Shown piece after piece: positions 48,879 to 58,300 of a stretch of 64,000 nucleotides of DNA. Both the position numbers and the translations under genes were made by a program. Below the pieces are notes generated by a model. The model had not been told where the DNA came from and did no database searches. It saw nothing but the letters and a program-made list of their open reading frames with translations. Every line of letters starts with the position of its first letter. Within the stretch, counting starts at the first letter, position 1. This DNA is from Bythopirellula sp. (GTDB taxonomy: Bacteria; Planctomycetota; Planctomycetia; Pirellulales; Lacipirellulaceae), in NCBI GenBank assembly GCA_965216565.1, contig OZ244170.1, positions 3,872,001 to 3,936,000 on the forward strand. Reading direction: 5' to 3'.

Positions 48879-51140
48879 CTACTGGTCGGCATACACGCGA
48901 GTACTGACTTCCTTGGTAATAGGTTGCCGTACTTCGTCGGAAACCACTTGCACGCGCACCCGCTGGTCGCCGGCGCGGAGGCCTTGGGCCTGAATACGGA
49001 AGACCGACTCGGCCTTAGGTGCCAATTGCGCCAAAGGCGAAAAGACTACCCGCTCGCCTTGGATCGCGTGTCGCGATTCTCCCTGCCCCGAGATGGCCCG
49101 CATGCCTTGCGGCATGATGGCTCCCACTTGGACGTTGGTTGCTGCTTTGGAACCTTGGTTGACGACAGTAATCTCGTATGTCGTCTCGCCACCGATTTCC
49201 ACGGGGCTTTCCAGATCGATGACTTCGAACATCAGTGCCACAATGCCATCGACACGGACGTGTGCTTCAGTAGCGTCTTTCAAACCCTCGCTAGCCTTGG
49301 TAGAGACTTGGAGGGTGTGTTCACCGGCCTCGATAGGGAGTGTAGTGAGCTCGACGGTTCCGCGCTCGTTGGCCGGCAGTTCCGCCAGACTCCAATGCAC
49401 GCTGTGCGAACTGGCGTCGTATTCGCCCATGTTGTTGGCACTGACAAATTGCAGTCCCTTAGGAAGTTGTGTGGTGAGTTGAACTTCCTTGGCCGAGGCC
49501 GTTCCAGGATTGTCGATGCTTACCTGGTAGGTCGCTGGCCGTTCAAGATAGCGCTTCTTGGGGCCATCGACGGTTACTTGCAGTTCGGGAGCAATGACCT
49601 CAAACTCGCAACTCGCCTGCACCTGAAGTCCTGCGTCGGCTCGAGCCGTCATGACGTTGGTGACTCGTCCTGCCTGTTCGGCCGTGAGCACTAGCTCCAG
49701 TTTTCGAGATTGTCCCGGACTGAGGTTGCCCACTTCAAATTCTAGAGCCGGGCCCGCTTCGTGGCTGACGCCTTCGGGTACGGTTTCCAAGAGCATGATC
49801 CCTGTGGCCTCGCCACTGCCGGGATTCGAAAGTTCTACTTGAACCAGATGCTGGTCGCCGGCGTGAACTTGCGACTTGCTGGAAAGTCGTAAGGCAAGTT
49901 CCGGACGTGTGCAACGAGCCTTGGCCGAGGCTTGCGTAGCAAACGTGACCGAAGCAACACTGCCAAGTTCGCCTTCCTCGACGGGGATCAACTCCATTTC
50001 CACGGTTCGTTCTTCGCCGACCGAAAGTGTTCCGATGTCCCACACCACCCCAGAACCAGAAACAGAGGCTCGAGGTGCGGTGCCGACTAGCTCCGTCCCA
50101 AGGGGGATCTCATCATGAATCTGGACGCCTTGGGCTGTCCTTTGTCCGGTGTTTTGCACTCGAATCGCAAATGTGCAACGTCGGCCCACTTGGATTTCTT
50201 CTGGGGCTAGCTTTTGAATGGTGACGGAAGGATTTTGCGGGCCCTCGAGCAAGCGTTCGCCAGGACGGCCCGTACCGGGAGTGTTAGCCAAACCAGGGGT
50301 CGGTGTGGCGTTACCCAGCGAATCGGCAGCAGCCAGTGGCGACGCGGCGAGATTGGATTTCAAATCGTAGGCGGGAGCAGGTTGGGGACGCGAGGCAACT
50401 TCGGCTTTCGCACCATAGTCGATTGGCGGCACGGCAGGTGCTGGTTTTGAAGGAGCAGCACCTTGCTGACCATAACGGCCCGAGGCGGTTGCTGGAGAAT
50501 TTGTTTGGCGCGGGAGCGGCTTGCTGCCGGCAAGTATTTCGCCAGGTGCTTCCGCAGCCTTCGGGCTTGGCTTTGTCGGAGCAGACTTGGCGGCAGACGT
50601 TTTTGGTTGTTGTAAGCTCTTGCGGAGTGGATTGAAACTATCCGGCCCCTGTCCTCGAGCCACTTCTTGCTCGGCAAGATCCGGAACTGGTGATCCAACT
50701 GCTTTCCCGGCCTGGGAGGGTTCTGGCTTGGCAGGTTGTGGCTTGTCTGCAACCGGCGGTTGCACATGGACCGAGGCATAGCGATTGCCGAGGGGAGGTG
50801 TCGGGGCACTCGAAAGGGGTTTTGCGACCGGCGCCACTGGATTTTCTATTCCGATCTTCGATTTCGACGAAGTGAGCGTATAGCGTCCCTTCGACTTTTT
50901 GGTCGATGGGGCGTTCATTGGCGGAGGCGAGGCAAACAGTTCCTTCAGTTCGTCGGTATCGAGCTTTTCTGCCGAGGCGTCCGCGCTATGGGCGATGCCC
51001 GTTTCGCTTTTGGGCGCAGAATTCATCAAGTGGAAGGCCGAGAATCCGCCGCCACCTAATAAGGCCGTCACCAGGCCGAGCTTGATGAACTTGCGACGCA
51101 GAGTGGTACGGACCGAACGCGGGGAGGAGGTCTTTTCCAT
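48879..51140 (-). CDS. DUF11 repeat (OmcB-like) envelope protein with Pro/Ala-rich linker
   Basis: N-terminal TM and long P/A/K-rich region, then repeated V.N.G...A..V....P.G Ig-like units. Confidence 0.85.
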   Translation of the reverse strand: MEKTSSPRSVRTTLRRKFIKLGLVTALLGGGGFSAFHLMNSAPKSETGIAHSADASAEKLDTDELKELFASPPPMNAPSTKKSKGRYTLTSSKSKIGIENPVAPVAKPLSSAPTPPLGNRYASVHVQPPVADKPQPAKPEPSQAGKAVGSPVPDLAEQEVARGQGPDSFNPLRKSLQQPKTSAAKSAPTKPSPKAAEAPGEILAGSKPLPRQTNSPATASGRYGQQGAAPSKPAPAVPPIDYGAKAEVASRPQPAPAYDLKSNLAASPLAAADSLGNATPTPGLANTPGTGRPGERLLEGPQNPSVTIQKLAPEEIQVGRRCTFAIRVQNTGQRTAQGVQIHDEIPLGTELVGTAPRASVSGSGVVWDIGTLSVGEERTVEMELIPVEEGELGSVASVTFATQASAKARCTRPELALRLSSKSQVHAGDQHLVQVELSNPGSGEATGIMLLETVPEGVSHEAGPALEFEVGNLSPGQSRKLELVLTAEQAGRVTNVMTARADAGLQVQASCEFEVIAPELQVTVDGPKKRYLERPATYQVSIDNPGTASAKEVQLTTQLPKGLQFVSANNMGEYDASSHSVHWSLAELPANERGTVELTTLPIEAGEHTLQVSTKASEGLKDATEAHVRVDGIVALMFEVIDLESPVEIGGETTYEITVVNQGSKAATNVQVGAIMPQGMRAISGQGESRHAIQGERVVFSPLAQLAPKAESVFRIQAQGLRAGDQRVRVQVVSDEVRQPITKEVSTRVYADQ

Positions 51141-51382
51141 CGGTAAACCTTGGCTTAAATGCAATACGTGAGTTGGAGGAGTCCATATGCCGCGGAAGGG
51201 TGCGCTCTTCTCGCGACGAAAACGGGGTGCGAGTAATTATCAAATGGCCGCCCCCGGGCAAAGGCCAGTCGATACGCACTGCTAGCGTTGCTAGATAGAT
51301 TGCCTATCTCTGCAGACCATCCGCTCAGCCGTCGATACAGAGAATAGGCATAGAATTAGTAGCGGAGTCTCCAACAGGGAGG

Positions 51383-51622
51383 TTGGTTGTGGCAGGGCAA
51401 GATCTCATCGGTGCGTATTTGGCAGCACCACTCATCTCGGCAATTCCCACGAACCCCTCCTCAGCGACCCTCGCCCTAGTGGGGTTGGTCTCCTGGTTGA
51501 GCTACCAATTATTGATACGCCCAGGCCATGAAAGTCGGCCCCGATTGGTAGCGCAACAGCCGATCGTCCCCCAACCGCATATCAAGAGCAAAGGCGTCCG
51601 TCCTCGACGGCGCGTGGCTTAG
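51383..51622 (+). CDS. Possible small membrane protein
   Basis: GGGAGG directly upstream, one TM helix and a basic tail; short with a non-ATG start. Confidence 0.35.
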   Translation: MVVAGQDLIGAYLAAPLISAIPTNPSSATLALVGLVSWLSYQLLIRPGHESRPRLVAQQPIVPQPHIKSKGVRPRRRVA

Positions 51623-51676
51623 ATCTTTTCGTTGCCCGCAGATCCCGGCGTTCTTCGCGGGCTGTCTATTGCTGAA

Positions 51677-52135
51677 CTAATAGGAAACCGATTGAACAAC
51701 TTCTCCAATCGGTGCGCCAGACCGTTTCAGTGGCAGACGACTGCGGATAGTTAACGGCAATAAATCGGCGAGGTTGCTTGGAGCAGGTAGAAGTCCCAAC
51801 TCTTCTCTGCCATCTTCAGCATCCCATCGGCCCGGCTCATCGGGACTGATCACCCAGCATCGATCCGAGTTCTGATCGGGGTAGACATACACACAATCGA
51901 TGTCACTCTCGACAAAGGCAATGAGCGCTGGCAGCACAGAGCCGCCTGCAAATTCGGCCTCTCCGGCCGAGAAGGTGACCTCATCGTCAATCGAGCCTTG
52001 ATTGGCTGACGGCTTGAGTGTCGTTTCGTCCTGGTCTTCGTTGCCTTCTTCGTCCCAGGCGTTTTCCCAGTTAGGGTATTGCGCCCAGTATTGCTGCGGA
52101 GGATTATCGCCAGTCACACGAAGAGTGTTGTCCAT
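51677..52135 (-). CDS. Hypothetical acidic protein
   Basis: GAGAGG RBS; 152 aa with YPNWENAWDEEG...QDETTLKP. Confidence 0.75.
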   Translation of the reverse strand: MDNTLRVTGDNPPQQYWAQYPNWENAWDEEGNEDQDETTLKPSANQGSIDDEVTFSAGEAEFAGGSVLPALIAFVESDIDCVYVYPDQNSDRCWVISPDEPGRWDAEDGREELGLLPAPSNLADLLPLTIRSRLPLKRSGAPIGEVVQSVSY

Positions 52136-52181
52136 TGCTAGGCCTCTCCCATTTGTTCAGATTTGCGATCCTCTCGGGCTG

Positions 52182-53273
52182 CTACTCTCGCACATAAGAA
52201 AGGGTGAGCAGCACGTAGCCAGTCACCAGATTGGCATCGCCCTCTAGCCAGCGTTCGTTCGCGTTCGTCCAGCTACCGTTTTTCTGCTGTCGTTTGGCAA
52301 GTGCGGCGATCAACTCTTCTCGCCAATTGTGTTCGTCTCCCTCAGCGTCGACGATGGTTGGCTCGCCTAAGGCGTTCAGCGTTTTGGCGAATGTGTGGTA
52401 GTAGTAGTACAGACCGTTGTCGGACATGTACGGGTTTTCTTCAAGCGTATAGTTTTCGGTGATCCACTTTTTGGCTGCTGCCACGCGCGGGTCGTCCTTG
52501 GCAACGCCGGCATAGATCATGCTCTTCAGTCCCGCGTAGGTCATCGAACCGTAGCTCCGCAATCCGCCTTCAGGAGTTTCGCCCGCCTGACTCGATCCAC
52601 CGGCTGCAACGGTGTAATAGAATCCACCGTCAGGATTCTTGGAGGCGAATTCGGTGTCGTTGTATTTCGTGTCGAGGTTTTGACATCGGGAGACAAAGAC
52701 CAGCGCCCGTTGGATGGCGGCTTCATTCGCTTCGTTGCCGAGTGCCTTGAGGGCGTCGATCATAAACGCGGTGTTGGAAAGATCGGGCCGACTGTGCCGA
52801 CCGTAACCCGCCCCGCCGTAACTGGTACTGGATGCGTCGTGGCCCTCTTGGTCGTCCCACTGTAGTCCCTTGAGAAAGCTATCCGCCTGTTTCAGCAGCT
52901 TGTCGTACTCGCCGTTGCGATTGGCTTCGGAAAAACAAAGCACTGCCAGGCACGTTTCGTAATTCCGATGGTTGCTGCCCTCGGCATAAATGCCACCATT
53001 GCTGCGGGCGTGGTCTTCCAGATACTCAATGGCTTTGGCAACGAGTGGATCTTCAAGCGAGACACCGTTGCGGATCAAAGCCGTCGTTACTAACGAGGTA
53101 ACTCCGGTGCCAGCAAAGGAACTGAACGACCCGTCCTCGGCTTGTTGTGCGCGAAGGTAGTCGATTCCTTGGCCGACCATTCTGGCCAGATCAGGCTCGG
53201 CCGCATGGGTCGATAGACCCTGCAATTGGAAACCGGAGAGTACGAGGACAGAGAAAGCGATGTAACGTAGCAT
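52182..53273 (-). CDS. Secreted prenyltransferase/squalene-oxidase repeat (alpha/alpha-toroid) protein
   Basis: Signal peptide; QW-like repeats (QQAEDGSF, QQKNGSW); DLSNT, RSYGSMTYAGLKS. Confidence 0.88.
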   Translation of the reverse strand: MLRYIAFSVLVLSGFQLQGLSTHAAEPDLARMVGQGIDYLRAQQAEDGSFSSFAGTGVTSLVTTALIRNGVSLEDPLVAKAIEYLEDHARSNGGIYAEGSNHRNYETCLAVLCFSEANRNGEYDKLLKQADSFLKGLQWDDQEGHDASSTSYGGAGYGRHSRPDLSNTAFMIDALKALGNEANEAAIQRALVFVSRCQNLDTKYNDTEFASKNPDGGFYYTVAAGGSSQAGETPEGGLRSYGSMTYAGLKSMIYAGVAKDDPRVAAAKKWITENYTLEENPYMSDNGLYYYYHTFAKTLNALGEPTIVDAEGDEHNWREELIAALAKRQQKNGSWTNANERWLEGDANLVTGYVLLTLSYVRE

Positions 53274-53422
53274 TTTTTGACCCTTACTCAGGTTGAAAGA
53301 TCAACGCGCTAGCGAAAGGCAGTCTAGGTGCTAACTTCAATTTCTGGTGCAACCCGCAGCTAGCGCCGTCGGCTCAGTTGTTATTGTTGCACCTTGGGTG
53401 GGCGAGGCAAAGCAGAAATGGC

Positions 53423-53608
53423 CTAATGACCCGCTGCAAGCCAAGCGAGTACGCTCAACCAGAGCAAGCAGAGGGCCGCGGAAACGATCAATTGCCAGCG
53501 ACTTTTCGTTAGAGGAGGTGTCGTCCCGTCTGAAAAGGAACTCTCACCTTTGTGCCCCGCTTTCGACTTCTTGACCGACACGTCTTTCTTTAACGCGTTC
53601 TTTTTCAC
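53423..53608 (-). CDS. Small membrane protein
   Basis: Starts 8 bp after the upstream stop; basic N-terminus and one C-terminal TM. Confidence 0.55.
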   Translation of the reverse strand: MKKNALKKDVSVKKSKAGHKGESSFSDGTTPPLTKSRWQLIVSAALCLLWLSVLAWLAAGH

Positions 53609-53616
53609 GGTCGTCC

Positions 53617-54117
53617 TCAGCGCCGCGGCTCTTCGGTAGAGTCGGGCAGCGAGAATTGAAAGCTATGGCGAAAGCCTTCGTCGAAGTCGAACACGTCGTC
53701 AAAATCTTCGCGACGATCGTTAGGCGTTTTTCGCATCTGTTCGATTTCAATCAAGTTGAACACGATTTCACCAAAATCGCTAGTCGACTGAATGCCCCAA
53801 TGGTTGAGCACGCTCTTGGCCATGTAACCATATTGCGTATGGGCGTATTGCCGCATTGCTTCGCACAATTCTTGCCCGGTGACATGCCGTTCTGGTTTGT
53901 CCTCGCCGTCCGAGTCAAGAAGGCTCTCTTTTTCGGCGTTCAACTCGGCGTCCAGATCACTCTGGGCCAAGTGATCGGTGCCCATGCCCAATTCTTCTTG
54001 GGCATGCCGCAGCGCTTCGAAGATGAAGACGTACGCGTCGAAATGGTAACGCTCGTCGCGACGGAGTAGTTCGGCAATCGGATGATCGGGGTCTAACATA
54101 GCAGGATGATGAGTCAT
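53617..54117 (-). CDS. Minf_1886 family protein (Planctomycetes/Verrucomicrobia conserved)
   Basis: RY..DAY.F..EAL, RHVTGQELCEA.R, WGI.STSDFGEIVFNLI, DRREDF.DVFDF. Confidence 0.88.
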   Translation of the reverse strand: MTHHPAMLDPDHPIAELLRRDERYHFDAYVFIFEALRHAQEELGMGTDHLAQSDLDAELNAEKESLLDSDGEDKPERHVTGQELCEAMRQYAHTQYGYMAKSVLNHWGIQSTSDFGEIVFNLIEIEQMRKTPNDRREDFDDVFDFDEGFRHSFQFSLPDSTEEPRR

Positions 54118-54180
54118 GGTGTTTCGGCGCGAACCAGATTTGAAAGTTGGGTCCGGGTGCCGATGGGTCTGATTATTATT

Positions 54181-55089
54181 CTACTCACTTTGGGCGTTTG
54201 CGTCTTTGTCTGTTGGCGGAGATTCTTCCTCAGTCTTTTTCTCGGCCTTTTTGCGTCCCGATTTCTTGCGGCTTCCCGAGCCCCGCTTGGTGACGGTCAA
54301 AACGTCGCCGGCGTCGATCGTAATCCTTCTCATATCTTCTGTTTCTATCAGGAGTTGCGACGCCAGAATTTCCTGGGCTAGCACTTTGGCCTTGCCATTA
54401 TTGGTAACAATCTCCGATCCCACCGGTGGCAGTTCTTTTTGCAATTCCTGGTAAGTATCGTATTCGTACCGGAGACAACATTTAAGCCGTCCACAGCGGC
54501 CAGAAATCTTGCTGGGGTCGAGCGTTGCCTTCTGCAGCTTGGCCATTCGCATCGAAACGGGCGGCATTTCCGAGAGATGCGTGTTGCAGCAGACCGGTTT
54601 TCCGCAATCGCCGTAGTCGGCCAAAATTTTCGCTTCGTCGCGTACCCCGATTTGCTTCATCTCGATGCGGGTTTGAAACTCGTGGGCCAGATTTTTGACC
54701 AACTGGCGAAAGTCGACCCGCTCGTCGGCCAGGTAATACACCACCACCCGTTCGCCGCCGTAGATATGCTCGACGTCCACCAGCCGCATGTCGAGTTTGA
54801 GATCGGTGATGTGTTTGGCGCACAGTTTGTGTTCGCCTTCTTGCTGCTCCATGAGACGGCGCAGCTCGTTGTGGTCGTCGTGATTCTGCTCGCGGAGGAT
54901 CTGACCGTTCTTCGGTTCCTGCATGGTAGAAACCACATGCTCGGTCGCTTCGCAGAGCACTTCGCCAGTTTCCAGGCCGCGACTCGTGCGGGCAATCACC
55001 TGCGCGCCGCGCGCAAAGTGATCGTCTCCTTTAACGCCAAAGACGCCCAGGTTTCGCATCACGCCATGTCGAACGATGTATTTCGCCAT
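54181..55089 (-). CDS. ricT: PSP1 domain protein (RicT/YaaT family)
   Basis: RVDFRQLVK, RIEMKQIGVRDEAK, CGKPVCC, KISGRCGRLKCCLRYE. Confidence 0.9.
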   Translation of the reverse strand: MAKYIVRHGVMRNLGVFGVKGDDHFARGAQVIARTSRGLETGEVLCEATEHVVSTMQEPKNGQILREQNHDDHNELRRLMEQQEGEHKLCAKHITDLKLDMRLVDVEHIYGGERVVVYYLADERVDFRQLVKNLAHEFQTRIEMKQIGVRDEAKILADYGDCGKPVCCNTHLSEMPPVSMRMAKLQKATLDPSKISGRCGRLKCCLRYEYDTYQELQKELPPVGSEIVTNNGKAKVLAQEILASQLLIETEDMRRITIDAGDVLTVTKRGSGSRKKSGRKKAEKKTEEESPPTDKDANAQSE

Positions 55090-55314
55090 AGGCAACAAGT
55101 ATAACGATTGTGTGATTGTCGGAGTAGGTTGGATTGATCGGTGAGGCCTGAGAACCGCAGCCAGCCGAGAGCGTCAGCAATCGGATAAACCAAGGTGAAC
55201 TGCACATTGTGAAAGGCTGCCAAAAATAGTTCGTTTCCCATTGAGAATACTGTTAAAATAGATGCACGTCAGACCTTCACTCTCGCTTCTGCATCGCGAA
55301 CTAGAGAATTGGCC

Positions 55315-58300
55315 ATGCCAACCGGGAAGAATTACCGGATCGATCCCTATTCGCGTCGGCTGTCCGTCGAAACGCTGGAAGATCGGCGAATGCTGGCAAC
55401 CTTCTCAGTCACCAATCTCCTCGACGGCCCCGTGACCGCCGCAGGCGACCTGCCCGGTAGCCTGCGGCAAGCCATCTTCGACGCCAATAACCTGGCCGGG
55501 CCGGACGACATCGACCTCACCGGCGTTAGTGGCACGCTGCTGATGACCGACGGGGAGTTTGAGATTACCGATGCGGTTGCGATCAACGGGCCAGGACAAA
55601 ATTCGCTGACCATCGATGCCGGCAACGGCACTGACGGCGTATTTGCCACGGGCGATGGGCATCGCATCTTCAATGTCGACGATGTTAGCAGCAGCTCTAG
55701 AATCGATGTCGAACTCCGCGACATAACACTAACTGGTGGGGACCCTTCTCTTCAGGGTGGTGCAATAGTTAGTCTTGAAAATCTGACAATCGAAAACAGT
55801 TTCATAACTGGAAACTCCGCAGGCATTTTCTTTACTAGCAAAGGAGGTGGTGTTTCAATAATTGGAGCGACCTTGGTAGTCAGAAATAGCACAATCAATG
55901 GCAACTATGCCGCCAGTAGCGGAGGTGGTATTTATGCTCGTGACAGTGACTTAGAGCTCACAAGAACTATCATCAGTGGAAATGACTCCGATTCGAGCGG
56001 TGGTGGAATTGCGAACGTCGATTCCAACTCTCTGATCCAGGAAAGTCAGATTTCAGGCAACTCTGCCTTCCGGCATGGCGGTGGGGTATCGAATCGGGGA
56101 TTTGGCTATTCTTCTATAATTGCTAATAGCACACTCAGCGGTAACACATCACGATTCTCTGGGGGAGCACTTACTGAATACTCTGGAACCACCACTCTCA
56201 TTTCGTCAACGATTGAAGGTAACTCGTCCCTTACCGGTCGCGGAAGTATAGCTGCTAACTGGGATAATTTTGTCACTACCATCGTGCTGCGAAATTCGAT
56301 TGTCTCCAACACGACCGATGCGTCAGGATTACCTTCTGCAGACTTAGCTAGTGGGCCTCCAGACATTACCAAATTTTACGTCGATTATAGTCTAGTTGAA
56401 GATTCGGGCGCCGTCACAATCACCGGATCGGACAACGTAGTAAGCGTTGACCCCCTGCTCGGCCCGCTCCAAGACAACGGCGGCCCCACCTTCACGCATG
56501 CGCTCCTCCCCGGCAGCCCGGCGATTGACATGGGTGATCCCGTATTCTCCGCGCCGCCCGACTTCGACCAGCGCGGCGATCCCTTCACCCGCGTGCACAA
56601 CGGCCGCATCGATATCGGGGCGTACGAAGCACAGCCACTGCTGGCCGATGCGAATGGCGATCACGTCGTCGATGGTTTAGACCTGCTGTTGATCCAAATC
56701 GGCGGTGGCGACATCGCCCGCTGGGACGCCGATTATGGTGCTAGTGAGCCGATGGAGCTGCCCTCGCTGGTGGTGACGACCGATCAGGATGTGGTTGATG
56801 CCTTCGATGGGCTCACCTCGCTCCGCGAAGCCATTGAATATGCCAACGGACTAGCGGGAGCGGATACGATCTCGTTTGATGCCTCGCTCACCGGAGGCAC
56901 GATTCTGCTCACCGAAGGCGAACTTCGAATCACCGATTCGCTGACAATAGATGGCTTGGGACAAAATTCGCTGACCATCGATGCCGGCAACGGCACTGAC
57001 AGTGTGTTTGCCACGGGCGATGGACATCGCATCTTCACAATTGACGATGGCACTGCAGCTCTAATCAACGTCTCGATCAGTGGGCTCACGCTGACAGGGG
57101 GAGATGCGGCCAATGCTCCGGAAGCTCCCTCGGGCACCGATGGGGAGAATGGCGAAGCAGGCGGAGCGATCTTCTCTTTAGAACATCTAACCGTTGCCAA
57201 CTCTACGATTTCCGGCAACGCAACTGGTCAGGGTGGTCAAAGCAATTATCACCCAGGATCAGGTGGTGCAGGCGGAGGCATCTATGTCCAGTATGGCGAC
57301 CTGACGCTTACCAACTCCACCGTCAGCGCGAATCAGACTGGCATGGGGGGATATGGCATTGGTTTCACTTTTCCCGAAGCCGATGGCGGTCATGGAGGAG
57401 GCATCTTCAGTGGCAGTGGCAATGCGACGATCACCGGCAGCAGTATTGTTGATAACCGAACCGGTGATGGTCCGCTCACCAATACGCCTAGTACTGGAAC
57501 GGCTGGAGATGGTGGCTCTGGTGGAGGAATCTACAACGCGGGTGGAGTGCTGAATATTGCTGGTAGTAGCATCAGTGGCAACTTCACAGGCGATGGCGGT
57601 CACCAATCGGGCTATGGTGGCACGGCAGGTAGTGGAGGCGGCATCGCTCATTTCGGCACGCTACTCTCGATCGCGGACTCCTCGATCGAAAACAACATAG
57701 TTGGACGCACCCTTAAACTTGATGGGCAATTCGGCAATCCAGGAGGAAGTGGTGGCGGCATCTACGCGGTTGATAGTGAGGTGATGATCACCGCGAGTAC
57801 CATCAGTGGGAACCGAGGAGCCGACGCCGTGATTTACCGCGGCTACGGAGGGAAAGGTGGGGGCATCTACAACAAAAATGGAAACATGACGATCACCGGC
57901 AGCACCATCAGTGGAAATTTCACGGGTCGCTCTGGAGAAGAGGTTTTTGGTGGTATCCAGGGAGGTAGCGGCGGAGGCATCTATCAATCGGGCGGTTCCC
58001 TGACCATTCGCTCTACCACCATCAGTGGCAACGTGACTGCGGAAGGAGGCAGCTCATTTTATGGCGGAAGCAATGGTGGACACGGTGGCGGAATTGCACA
58101 TCTTGGGACTAACCTAACGATCGAAGACTCCACCATCTCCGATAATAGGACTGGCCGTGGAGGAGATGGAGGCAGTTCTTCTTCCGGCAGTGGGACTGGA
58201 GGTGCAGGTGGCGGTGTTTTTGCCGTTAGCACGTCCGTATCGATCGAGGGCAGCACTATTAGCGGGAATCGAACGGGAGATGGTGGAGATGCTACCAATG

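Noticed and set aside
52182..53273. Prenyltransferase-repeat protein as a squalene-hopene cyclase, or as the alpha-domain partner of DUF4430
   Set aside because: It is a single barrel with a signal peptide and no DxDD motif. It lies 6 kb from DUF4430 on the opposite strand, with no evidence of linkage.
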